Both the position numbers and the translations under genes were made by a program. Of a stretch of 64,000 bases of DNA, positions 38,990 to 48,015 are shown piece after piece. Location: positions 64,889-128,888 of the forward strand of contig DAOSLF010000003.1 in assembly GCA_035368605.1 (NCBI GenBank), written 5' to 3'. This stretch comes from Candidatus Omnitrophota bacterium (GTDB taxonomy: Bacteria > Omnitrophota > Omnitrophia > Omnitrophales > Aquincolibacteriaceae). How positions within the stretch are numbered: the first letter of the stretch is position 1; each line of letters opens with the position of its first letter. The notes under the pieces are model-generated. The model was not told the origin of the DNA. It did no database searches and worked only from the letters and a program-made list of their open reading frames with translations.

Positions 38990-39351
38990 TTTATACGGGA
39001 GCGTATCCCGCCACGGCAGTCCGCAAATACTCGCGATACTTGTCCATTCATCGGTTGCCCTCTGTGCAGTTGCTTGTTTTTCGAAAACACAATCCACCAG
39101 ATTTCCCGGGATAATCTTTTTTTCTTACCCTTTATCCCTTCACTAGTTACAGCTTTTTATCAGCACTAAGCACTAAAGAACAACTATCTTTTTTAAAAAC
39201 TATAAAATGATTAAAAAAATAATAATAAATAAATCTATGCTATGTCTTGCTTCTTTTTGCGTGTTGCATTTAATCCAGAAACAAATTACAATTATAGCAG
39301 GGTCGACATGAACTAATAGCGTCTTGGCGGAAGGAGCGAGGAGAAAAACAA
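38990..39351 (+). promoter_or_regulatory. Very AT-rich (~25-30 % GC) leader upstream of the pseudopilin operon; probable promoter region and left boundary of the island
   Basis: Runs such as aaaaactataaaatgattaaaaaaataataataaataaatct, in a genome that is otherwise >60 % GC. I did not recognise a sigma-54 or other specific consensus. Confidence 0.3.
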
Positions 39352-39771
39352 ATGGGACCTCTTCCTGACAAACGTGGTTTTCGAGGGTTCACGCTCATCG
39401 AGGTAATGGTTGCCTTGTTCGTGACCACAATTGCCATTGCGGGATATGTCGGATCTAACATTGCGACCCAACGACAGGCCGCAGAGTTACATGAGCGAAC
39501 CATCGCAGTACAAGAGGCTCAGCGTGTCATTGAACAAATGCGTGATAAAGCCAGAACAAACAATTTTCCCGGAGATGTCGTGGCCGCCTTCCCTGATGGC
39601 GGAACCGTTGCCGGAATGAATGCCCTGCCCGATGAACGGGTTCAGGTCGATTATGTAAATCCGGCGGCTACTCCTCTGGATACCACTGTCACCGTGACAT
39701 GGCAATCCTACACCTCCCGCCGGCAAACGGCGGCCCTGAGGGCTTATATTGCAAAGAGGAAAACGCCATGA
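39352..39771 (+). CDS. Type IV pilin-like minor pseudopilin (prepilin-type N-terminal cleavage/methylation domain)
   Basis: Leader MGPLPDKRGFRG followed by FTLIEVMVALFV: G-1, F+1, E+5 and a hydrophobic helix. 139 aa. Confidence 0.75.
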   Translation: MGPLPDKRGFRGFTLIEVMVALFVTTIAIAGYVGSNIATQRQAAELHERTIAVQEAQRVIEQMRDKARTNNFPGDVVAAFPDGGTVAGMNALPDERVQVDYVNPAATPLDTTVTVTWQSYTSRRQTAALRAYIAKRKTP

Positions 39772-40316
39772 GAAAACTCACATCACAAAAAGGATTTAAT
39801 CTCATGGAAGCGATGCTCGCCGTGGCGCTGTCCAGCATTGTGGTTTTCGGAGTCTTTTTGCTTTTTCGGGTCGGCAGCGAACAATCTCAAATAAACCAGT
39901 CCCTCATGGATCTCAAAGACTCCTCTCGCGAAGCCATTTATAAAATGGTCCAGGAGATTCGCCAATCTGCTCCCGGTCACGTGATCATTGAAGCCAACGG
40001 TCAGTCAATCCGTTTTAAAATTCCTCATCCGGATCACTTGACAGGTCCTGGTTTTGACGTCGACTGGGATTCCGCACACACCATCACCTACGCTCTCGGC
40101 GGGGCTAACTCCCGGCAAATCATACGAACCGATACCACAACCGGGATGACCTCCATCATCGCCAACGATATCACGGCTCTGCGGTTCTCTGAAAATTCCT
40201 CGCCGTCCAGGATTGTGACGATAACTTTAAATGCCCAGAAAACGCCACCCGGCGGGCGAGCGGTTCCATCCACTCCCCTGCAAATAACGGCTCAAGCGGA
40301 TGTGAGAAACCCATGA
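39768..40316 (+). CDS. Type IV pilin-like minor pseudopilin (GspJ/PilW-like size)
   Basis: Leader MRKLTSQKG followed by FNLMEAMLAVALSSIVVFGV (E+5). Its start codon overlaps the previous stop (ATGA). Confidence 0.75.
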   Translation: MRKLTSQKGFNLMEAMLAVALSSIVVFGVFLLFRVGSEQSQINQSLMDLKDSSREAIYKMVQEIRQSAPGHVIIEANGQSIRFKIPHPDHLTGPGFDVDWDSAHTITYALGGANSRQIIRTDTTTGMTSIIANDITALRFSENSSPSRIVTITLNAQKTPPGGRAVPSTPLQITAQADVRNP

Positions 40317-41521
40317 AAACTCATCCTTTCTCCCAAATCGGAAATCAGAGGGGGTTCGTATTGACTGTGGTTTATCTTATCCTCGCGCTCGTAGCCGTTT
40401 TTTCGGTCGCTTATTTCTCCCGCTGCGTTGCATTTGTCCAGGCTAATGAGCGCAATATTCACAAAACCGTGGCATTTAACATGGCTGAATCGGGCATTGA
40501 TTGGGCCATCAGCCAGTTAGCATCAAACACCGAATACACCGGAACCTCCGCCTACGTCCCCCTGGACACCGATTACATGAGGGGCGGATTCACGGTCTCG
40601 GTCATCACGGATGACTCCGATCCCAAAATCCGGATTATCCGGGCAAGCGGATTCGCCCCTTCCAATGACCCTACCCAGCGAGGGTATCAAACATCAAGTC
40701 TTCTTGCTTACGTTCAATCCGGATCCAGTAGCGCTTTTCGCGCCGGAATTTTCGCGACAGATTCCATTCAAATGTCGGGAAACGCCCAAACGGACTCTTA
40801 CGACTCTCGGAACGGGGCTTATGGTGGAAGCAATGTCGCCTATAACGGTGGCATTGAGACCAATACAACGGGCCCCCAGGAAGTCACGCTAAGTGGAAAC
40901 GTCATGATCCAGGGGGGCATCACCGTCGGCCCGACAGAATCGCCCTCTTCGGTGGTATCAGTACGCGGCAATGCCATGATTACGGGAAGTATTTTATCCA
41001 ATTCGGCTCCCGTCACCTTCTCTGATGCCGTGGCTCCGGTCAGCGCGAGCGGCGAGCTCAAAATCAGCGGAAACACAACGTACTATCTCATGCCCGGAAC
41101 CTATCACTTTACGTCCATGAGTATAACGGGAAACGCCAAACTTGTTCCGACCGGCCCCGTGTCCATTTATGTCGATGGAACTATCAAGATAGCGGGAAAC
41201 GGTATCGCAACTGCCGACAACCGTCCACCCAACCTTCTCCTGTATGCGACCGGCAACTCAAGCGTAAGTTTTTCCGGAAACGCGTCTTTCTACGGAGCTA
41301 TCTACGCGCCGAACTCGACCGTCTCCGTATCCGGGAACGGCAGATGCTATGGGGCCATTATTGCCAAAGATTATAAAAATACGGGAAATGGCCAGATCCA
41401 TTTTGACGAAGCGTTGAAAGAAATCCAGGGCGGCAGCTCCGGCGGAATAACCATCCTGGCCTGGCAAGAACAAAACACCCTGCTGTGGGGAACGGGAACA
41501 GCGGCAGATACGGAAACCTGA
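40313..41521 (+). CDS. PilX/GspK-like tip pseudopilin lacking Glu+5, with periodic SGN-repeat (predicted beta-helix) domain
   Basis: N-terminus QRGFVLTVVYLILALVAVFS has a prepilin-like hydrophobic helix with no E+5, as in GspK/PilX. An (S/T/A/R)GN motif recurs every ~20-25 aa (SGNAQ, SGNVM, RGNAM, SGNTT, TGNAK, AGNGI, SGNAS, SGNGR, TGNGQ). The start is ATGA-coupled to the upstream gene. Confidence 0.6.
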   Translation: MKTHPFSQIGNQRGFVLTVVYLILALVAVFSVAYFSRCVAFVQANERNIHKTVAFNMAESGIDWAISQLASNTEYTGTSAYVPLDTDYMRGGFTVSVITDDSDPKIRIIRASGFAPSNDPTQRGYQTSSLLAYVQSGSSSAFRAGIFATDSIQMSGNAQTDSYDSRNGAYGGSNVAYNGGIETNTTGPQEVTLSGNVMIQGGITVGPTESPSSVVSVRGNAMITGSILSNSAPVTFSDAVAPVSASGELKISGNTTYYLMPGTYHFTSMSITGNAKLVPTGPVSIYVDGTIKIAGNGIATADNRPPNLLLYATGNSSVSFSGNASFYGAIYAPNSTVSVSGNGRCYGAIIAKDYKNTGNGQIHFDEALKEIQGGSSGGITILAWQEQNTLLWGTGTAADTET

Positions 41522-42081
41522 CGGAACTTGGCGAAGGATGTTTAGAACGCAGGGGTTGAAAATCTTTATCCTCCAAACCCCGAACCCGCTCCCCGTCGCG
41601 TCTCTTCCCTCGCGCACAATTCCGGAATCTGCAAAACCCCCGGTATTGAAGGTAAGCCACGCCCAAATATTTCTTTTGGGTTGAGTTATCCTTGACAAGC
41701 TCCGCTGGTGAAGTCGTGCGTTCTTGTATACCCATCTCCCCCCCCCGCAACCTTTTCCATCGGGATGGAAGGGTCCCCCTTGTGATCACGGCAGACCTCA
41801 CTTCGGGAACAATCCCGGGAACGACCGTCATATCCGTCCGAAAGGGCCGAGGCCGGCTCCCGGACGCGCGCCAGATTCTTGCGGGGGCTTTTTGATCACG
41901 GACAATCTCATGACGGACTGGTGTTTCTCCCCTCTTGAAGTTATACTGGCGCGAGTTCATCCCGATTTCGACAAGGGAATCGTCCGGCGGCCAAAAACGT
42001 TTTTCTTTATTTCAAAACCCGCACGATCAAGATCCAATAATCGCGCGAACCGCGCCCAACGAAAGGCATTGTCCCGAATCC

Positions 42082-43272
42082 ATGAAAACTCTTAAAGGCA
42101 ACGCGATCATCGCCCAATCCGGCGGCTGCACGGCCGTCATCAACCAGAGCCTGGCCGGAGCGGCCATGGCGGCCCGCGCGTCAAAAACGATCACCGGCGT
42201 CTGGGGGGCCCGTAACGGGGTTGAGGGGATTCTGAAAGATTCCCTGATCGATCTTTCCGCGCAGCCGGCTGTCCTTCTCCGGAAGATCGCAGAGACGCCT
42301 TCGGCGGCGCTCGGGTCCTCCCGTCATAAATTGAAGCCCGGCGACGACAAAAAGATCCTCGCGAACCTGAAACGGCGGAACATCCGTTATCTGTTCCTGA
42401 TTGGCGGCAATGACACTGCGAACACGAGTCTCCGGATCGCCAGGACCGCGCGTGAGAACCGCTATGAACTTCGCGTGATCCATATCCCCAAAACGATCGA
42501 CAACGACCTGATGGAGACCGACCATTGCCCCGGCTACGGCTCGGTCGCGCGGTTCGCGGCGATCACCACGCAGGAAGCCGCCCTCGACACGCGGGCCATG
42601 AAGAACGTGGACCCGATCAAGATCATTGAGCTCATGGGACGCAACTCGGGCTGGATCGTCGCCGCGGCCGCGCTCCTGAAACGTTCCGCCGCCGATGCCC
42701 CGCACATCCTGCTCATCCCGGAAATCCCGCTCGACGAGACCGCCCTGATCAAGCGCACGGAGGCCGTCATGCAATCGGTCGGTTACTGTATCATTGTCAT
42801 TTCGGAGACGATCCGCGATCACGGCGGAAACCGGATCGGGCAGAAAACAGAAGGCGTAACATCGGACCCGTTCGGCCACAAATACGTGGAAGGGACCGCG
42901 GCGCGGCTTGCCTCGATCCTTGAAAAGAACCTCGGCGTGCGCGCGCGCTTCGACAAACCGGGCACGATCCAGCGCATGTCCATGCCCTATATTTCGACGG
43001 TTGACCAGAAAGAAGCCTGTCAGGCGGGAGCTCGGGCGGTCGCGTGGGCTCTGAAAGGGATGTCAGAGGTCATGGTGGGGTTCGCGCGGAAATCCGGGAA
43101 ACGCTACGCGATCGAATACCGGCCGGTGCCGCTCGGAAGAATCCCGAACAACGAACGCTACCTCCCCGCGGAGTTTTTCGACGCGAAACACTCCATGATC
43201 ACACCGGCCTTTGCCGAGTACGCGCTTCCGCTTCTCGGTCCCGGTCTTCCGGAGTTCCCGGTATTCAAATAA
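42082..43272 (+). CDS. pfk: 6-phosphofructokinase (GGNDT motif; possibly PPi-dependent type)
   Basis: QSGGCTAVINQSL ... LFLIGGNDTANTS ... IHIPKTIDNDL ... LMGRNSGW. The start was chosen at the internal Met MKTLKG. Confidence 0.85.
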   Translation: MKTLKGNAIIAQSGGCTAVINQSLAGAAMAARASKTITGVWGARNGVEGILKDSLIDLSAQPAVLLRKIAETPSAALGSSRHKLKPGDDKKILANLKRRNIRYLFLIGGNDTANTSLRIARTARENRYELRVIHIPKTIDNDLMETDHCPGYGSVARFAAITTQEAALDTRAMKNVDPIKIIELMGRNSGWIVAAAALLKRSAADAPHILLIPEIPLDETALIKRTEAVMQSVGYCIIVISETIRDHGGNRIGQKTEGVTSDPFGHKYVEGTAARLASILEKNLGVRARFDKPGTIQRMSMPYISTVDQKEACQAGARAVAWALKGMSEVMVGFARKSGKRYAIEYRPVPLGRIPNNERYLPAEFFDAKHSMITPAFAEYALPLLGPGLPEFPVFK

Positions 43273-43280
43273 CGGAGCTG

Positions 43281-43661
43281 TCAGCCGGCGGTATCGGCAG
43301 CGCGGTAACGGTCGGTCACTTCGCGCGCCTTCGGCCGGATCGCGAGCTTTCCATTCACATCCACGACCGGGATGAGGAAATAATCCGTTTGAAGACCCGC
43401 GGTCTCCATTCGGGAAACCAGTTCCCGTTTGATGCCGGGATCGCTGATATCCTTATCGAGATAGTCCGTCCCCTTTCGGGCCAGGTCTTTTTTAAGGTCA
43501 GCGCAGGCCGGACACCCCTCTTTCCCATAGACCGCGACATAGGGCTTTTGAGATAGCGGTCCCGAGGGAACGGCAACAAAGCGGGCAGAGGAGGCGCAGC
43601 CGTTCAAAAAAACCGCGAGAAGAACGCCCGCGGCCGCGCAAATAACGGTTTTTTGTCTCAT
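43281..43661 (-). CDS. Glutaredoxin/thioredoxin-fold lipoprotein
   Basis: Lipobox AVFLNGC, then YGKEGCPACADLKKDL (CPxC redox motif). Start MRQKTV with SD AAGGGG. The track ORF extends upstream only because it reads through the palindromic repeat. Confidence 0.6.
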   Translation of the reverse strand: MRQKTVICAAAGVLLAVFLNGCASSARFVAVPSGPLSQKPYVAVYGKEGCPACADLKKDLARKGTDYLDKDISDPGIKRELVSRMETAGLQTDYFLIPVVDVNGKLAIRPKAREVTDRYRAADTAG

Positions 43662-43866
43662 GCTGTCTTTCCCCTTGAGGTTCCCGTTGTCGTCCATGAA
43701 CACCTTTCGGCTTTTCTGATCGACGGGCTCAGGAACGCGTTCACGGGCGTCGGGACCTTGTGCTTTTTCCCGAGCCGCACGACCATCCCGTTGATCGCGT
43801 CGATCCCGGTACGTTTCTCCTTCTCGAGGTCCTGGAGCATAGAGGCGTGATAGCCACAGGTCCGCC

Positions 43867-43915
43867 AAAACGGGGTCAGTCACCATTTCCCTAAAACGGT
43901 GACTGACCCCGTTTT
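43867..43915. repeat. Palindromic repeat copy 3
   Basis: AAAACGGGGTCAGTCACC-ATTTCCCTAAAA-CGGTGACTGACCCCGTTTTT, immediately downstream of the era stop codon. Confidence 0.85.
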
Positions 43916-44838
43916 TACCCGCGGATTTTCCGGAGGAAGGAGGTGTTCTCCTTCCAGCCGGCCATGACCTTGACCCAAAGTTCAAGGAACACCTTCCGCC
44001 CGATCAGTTTCTCGATCTCAAGACGCGCGGTACGGCCAATCTCGCGGATCTTCAGACCTCCTTTACCGATCACGATCGCCTTCTGCGAGTCGCGGCTTAC
44101 GATGATCGTCGCGCTGATACGGGTGATTTTCTCCTCGTCCCTGTAACTATCGATCCGCACCGTCGCGTCATACGGCAGTTCGTCTTCGAGCTCGTGATAG
44201 AGCTTTTCACGAATCAGCTCCTGCGCGTGGAATCGCTCGTTCTGGTCGGAGATCTGATCCTCGGGATAAATAAATTCGCCTTCCGGAAGGCAATCGAGCG
44301 TTTTCCGGATCAGGGTGTCGATATTCTCCCCCGTCGCCGCGCTGATCGGAATGAACTCCCTGAAAGGATACACCTTTTGATAGGAATCGATCGTCGGGAG
44401 AATCTGAAGCTTGGGGAACTTGTCGATCTGATTCACGAGCAGGAAGACCGGTTTCTGACAGCCCTTGAACCAGCCAAGCATCCGCTCCTCCGTTTCCCCG
44501 ATCTCGCGAGGATAGACCATCCAGTAAAGGACATCCGCGTCATCAAGGGAATGACGCACGTCGTGGACCATTTCCTCCCCAAGCTTGTCGTGCGGCTGAT
44601 GGACCCCCGGCGTGTCGAGAAACACAATCTGCCCCCGGCAGGAACTGCCGACCTTTTTCCCGTTCGTTACGGTCAGAATCCCGCGGATGACATCGCGCGT
44701 TGTCTGCGGTTTCGGAGAAATACCCGCGAGTTTTTCGCCGACGAGGTAATTCAAAAGTGTGGACTTGCCGACGTTCGGCCGGCCGACGATGGCCACATAC
44801 CCGGCCTTGGTCTTAGGCTGGTTCTTCGTTTTTTCCAT
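43915..44838 (-). CDS. era: GTPase Era
   Basis: G1 GRPNVGKST, G3 DTPG, G4 NQID, and a C-terminal KH domain (IVSRDSQKAIVIGKGG). Confidence 0.9.
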   Translation of the reverse strand: MEKTKNQPKTKAGYVAIVGRPNVGKSTLLNYLVGEKLAGISPKPQTTRDVIRGILTVTNGKKVGSSCRGQIVFLDTPGVHQPHDKLGEEMVHDVRHSLDDADVLYWMVYPREIGETEERMLGWFKGCQKPVFLLVNQIDKFPKLQILPTIDSYQKVYPFREFIPISAATGENIDTLIRKTLDCLPEGEFIYPEDQISDQNERFHAQELIREKLYHELEDELPYDATVRIDSYRDEEKITRISATIIVSRDSQKAIVIGKGGLKIREIGRTARLEIEKLIGRKVFLELWVKVMAGWKENTSFLRKIRG

Positions 44839-46081
44839 TTTCGATCTCTCCCGGGAGCGTGAGCGGATTGAGCGTGTTAAAGGCGCTGTTTAAAAAATTA
44901 CCGATCTGTCCGACGCCGTTGCGGACCTGGGCCGGAGCGGCCGTCGCTACCCTGGAGGTCCCCTTTTTCAACTCGCTCAGGATCGCCTTGGCCTTATACG
45001 CCAGGGCCTTCTGGAAAGCCTTGGTGAACGCCGGGAAGAAGTGGAACTTCGGGTCGCCTATATAGCCGTTCACATTCACTTCCAACTCGATGCTTTTCTG
45101 GTTCTCGAGCGCCCAGAGTACCGTCCCGAAGGGATATTTCAGAAGCTTCTGGGCCATCGTCGGGGTCGAAAGTTTCATGGAGCGAAGGGTCAGCACATGC
45201 TCGGATTTGAGATCGCTTTCCAGGCATAACAGATGGGACACCAGATCAAACGCCCCCCCCTTTACCTCGCCCGGAAGCCCTTCCAGGAGAAAATCGTACT
45301 CGGCGATCCCGCCGCCCGTGATCGAGGCATGGATGTCAAAGTTATTACCGTCCGCGAACTGGCACTTCCCTTCCCCCTTGAATCGGGCCGGAGGGTTTTT
45401 CCCGAAGGTGCCTTCCAGCTTGATGTATTCCCGGAACGAAGGGCTCGTGTATCCGGAAATAAAATCGAACCCCTCCCAGAACCCCTTCAGATTCTTGAAT
45501 AGCCAGTGGCGTTCGCCGCCCGGGATTCGCCGGTCATCAAAAAGGAACGTGCCGTCCTCAAGTTCGAGCCGGTCGATCATGACACGCCATTTCCCCTTCG
45601 CGGCCGCTGCGGCCACCGCTTCATCGAGGCTCGGAGTGTCGGATTTCGGGAAGTTCATGGACGGTGAATCTTCTTCATCCAGTCCCATATGGTGGTACCA
45701 GACATAAGTATTCGTGTGCGTCTCCCCTCCGGTCATGTGCGTCTCGACCGCAAAAAGGAATTTTTTGAAGTGAGCCTTTTTGATGCGGATGCATTTCTGT
45801 CTGAGCGTCTTGAGATCGATCCAGAAGGTAACTTCTTCACCCGCAAAATGTTCGCGCCGTTTGAACTCCTTCGGGTTCAGGCATTCGATCTTCCTGAAAT
45901 AGATCTTGCCGGGCGGCCACAGACGGACCCGGAGGCCGTCAATATTGAACGGCATGTTGAAGGCCTCGGCGAGCTGCTTTTCGAGAACAGGTTGCAGGGA
46001 AACACCGACCCAGTAGTCGTGGAAGAGGACCAGCGCGGTCGAAAGAAGGATAACGACAAGGGCGATCTTGAGCGGCTTCAT
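44813..46081 (-). CDS. Hypothetical membrane-anchored protein (possibly AsmA-like)
   Basis: N-terminal TM ALVVILLSTALVLF then a 400-aa soluble region. No confident family. It contains a G8 homopolymer (C8 on the + strand, 45253..45260) encoding KGGAF. Confidence 0.45.
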   Translation of the reverse strand: MKPLKIALVVILLSTALVLFHDYWVGVSLQPVLEKQLAEAFNMPFNIDGLRVRLWPPGKIYFRKIECLNPKEFKRREHFAGEEVTFWIDLKTLRQKCIRIKKAHFKKFLFAVETHMTGGETHTNTYVWYHHMGLDEEDSPSMNFPKSDTPSLDEAVAAAAAKGKWRVMIDRLELEDGTFLFDDRRIPGGERHWLFKNLKGFWEGFDFISGYTSPSFREYIKLEGTFGKNPPARFKGEGKCQFADGNNFDIHASITGGGIAEYDFLLEGLPGEVKGGAFDLVSHLLCLESDLKSEHVLTLRSMKLSTPTMAQKLLKYPFGTVLWALENQKSIELEVNVNGYIGDPKFHFFPAFTKAFQKALAYKAKAILSELKKGTSRVATAAPAQVRNGVGQIGNFLNSAFNTLNPLTLPGEIENGKNEEPA

Positions 46082-47040
46082 CGGGGCAGAAGCCCTTTCC
46101 GGAAAACAGCGTTGTCGGCGTAAATTTTTTTCAGGAGCGTGATATCATCCACGGCAAGCCGTGGGGAGAAAGAAGCGCGCAGACCGGCCGTGATCTGTTC
46201 TTTTGTTTTTGCGCCCGGAATCGCAGAGGACACTTCACTGAACGAAAGCACAAACTCAAGCGCGCCCTGGACCAGCGCGTCGTTACTCCATCCCGTCGCC
46301 TTTCGGAGGATCTGGACTTTTTCCCAGTCCCATTCCCGTTTTTCCGCGTCCCAGCGGCGACGGTGATCGTTCTTCGGGAATTCATGGCCCGGAGGATATT
46401 TCCCCGTCAGAAGTCCGCTCGCGAGCGGTTCACGAACGATGAGCCCCGTGCTCCGCCTTGCCGCCCCGGCGAAGACGTTCGCGGCCATGCGCTGGTCGAG
46501 GATATTAAAAATCAGCTGAAGGGAGCCAACGCGTTCATCAGCAAGCGCCGCCAGAGCTTCGGCCTCGGTATGGACCGAGATCCCGATCGCACGGACCTTC
46601 CCTTCTTTCTTCAGCCTTTCGACAGTGGAAACGGCGTCGCCGGAACGGATAAGTTCCAGGGAGGGGTTGTGGAGCTGGTAGAGATCGACATGATCCGTAC
46701 CGAGGCGTTCCAGGCTTTGCTCACAGGCCCGGCGGAGATAGTCCGGAGAAAAATTCTTGCGGTGGGCGCCGGACGTAAAATCCCATCCTCCCTTGGTCGC
46801 GAGAACGATCCCGTCTCTCGGTTTGTCTTTGAGGAATCGACCGAGAAGGAGCTCGCTGTGGCCTTCCCCGTAGACATCTGCCGTATCAAAAAGATTAACG
46901 CCGGCGGCATAGGAAGCTTCCAGCGCTCCGAGGGAATCTTCATCGCGGACAGGGCCATACGCGTTCCCTCCGATCGCCCAACACCCGAATCCGATCTCGG
47001 AGACCTTGAGCCCTGTCCTGCCGAGTATCCGGAATCTCAT
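46078..47040 (-). CDS. Aldo/keto reductase
   Basis: FDTADVYGEG and LATKGG, with a catalytic tetrad consistent with the AKR superfamily. Confidence 0.85.
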   Translation of the reverse strand: MRFRILGRTGLKVSEIGFGCWAIGGNAYGPVRDEDSLGALEASYAAGVNLFDTADVYGEGHSELLLGRFLKDKPRDGIVLATKGGWDFTSGAHRKNFSPDYLRRACEQSLERLGTDHVDLYQLHNPSLELIRSGDAVSTVERLKKEGKVRAIGISVHTEAEALAALADERVGSLQLIFNILDQRMAANVFAGAARRSTGLIVREPLASGLLTGKYPPGHEFPKNDHRRRWDAEKREWDWEKVQILRKATGWSNDALVQGALEFVLSFSEVSSAIPGAKTKEQITAGLRASFSPRLAVDDITLLKKIYADNAVFRKGLLPR

Positions 47041-47076
47041 GGAGATGGTCTTCGGATTGTCGCCGCGGAAGGACCT

Positions 47077-47406
47077 TTAGCGGGGCGCGATCTCGTCGAT
47101 GGCCTTCTGGATCTTGTCCTGCGACTGGTAGCCGACGAGTTGTCCGGCGGGCTGGCCGTTCTGGAAGAGGATTATCGTCGGGATACCCTGGATGCCATAC
47201 TGGGCCGGCGTGTTCGGGTTCTCATCGACGTTCATTTTTCCGACGACAATACGACCGGCGTTCGCCTCAGCGATCCGCTCAACCACCGGACCAAGCATCC
47301 GGCAGGGACCGCACCATTCGGCCCAGAAATCAACAAGGACCGGCTGCTTGGAAGCGAGCACTTCATTTTGGAAATTGGCGTCCGTAAAAACCTTTTCTTT
47401 GCTCAT
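47077..47406 (-). CDS. trxA: Thioredoxin
   Basis: WAEWCGPCRMLGP active site; 109 aa. Confidence 0.9.
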   Translation of the reverse strand: MSKEKVFTDANFQNEVLASKQPVLVDFWAEWCGPCRMLGPVVERIAEANAGRIVVGKMNVDENPNTPAQYGIQGIPTIILFQNGQPAGQLVGYQSQDKIQKAIDEIAPR

Positions 47407-47629
47407 AGTCCCCCCCGTTCAGGATAAGACCCGCTTCCGGGCGGGTTCCCAATGGTTCAATAAGACTGTGGTTAAAATTGATCTCTCAGACTCTCCGGAT
47501 CCGGACCGTACCCATGAAACTCCAGCGGAATGATTCCCTGAAAAGAACCGGAATGGTCCGAAAGGTTCGAGGGCGTACTATAACATCGAAGGCGCTGGGC
47601 TGTCCAGCAAAGGGGCTGGCATTCCAGCC

Positions 47630-47995
47630 TCAGGCCGTCATGCCGGCCACGATTTCGAGTAATTGATCCACATGGGGTTTCTGAATCACCTTCGCCGCGC
47701 CTGCCTCTTCCGCACACTGAGCCAGATTGTCATCATGGGACGCGGTGAAAAGGGCCACAGGGATGTCCTTTGTTTCCGGGATCGCCTTGAGCCGCCGGCA
47801 GGTCTCGAAGCCATCAAGGCCCGGCATGATAACGTCCAGAAGGATCACGTCCGGGCGCCATTCCTTCGCCTTCACGATGCCTTCCATCCCGCTCGCGGCA
47901 GTCTCCACCCGGAATGTTTGCGACTCGAGACGTGTTTTCATCAATTTCAGCACGATCGGTTCATCGTCCACGAAAAGAATCTTCTTCGACTCCAT
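47630..47995 (-). CDS. Stand-alone response-regulator receiver protein
   Basis: KILFVDDEP ... DVILLDVIMPGLDG ... KVIQKP; 121 aa. It sits immediately upstream of the CHASE2-GGDEF gene. Confidence 0.8.
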   Translation of the reverse strand: MESKKILFVDDEPIVLKLMKTRLESQTFRVETAASGMEGIVKAKEWRPDVILLDVIMPGLDGFETCRRLKAIPETKDIPVALFTASHDDNLAQCAEEAGAAKVIQKPHVDQLLEIVAGMTA

Positions 47996-48015
47996 TATTC
48001 CTCCCGCGTTCGCGG

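Noticed and set aside
38990-39351. Sigma-54 promoter upstream of the pseudopilin operon (expected for many type IV pilin genes)
   Set aside because: I looked for TGGCAC-N5-TTGCW. The stretch TTTTGCGTGTTGCATTT has a TTGCA element but no GG at the proper -24 spacing, so no sigma-54 promoter is asserted.
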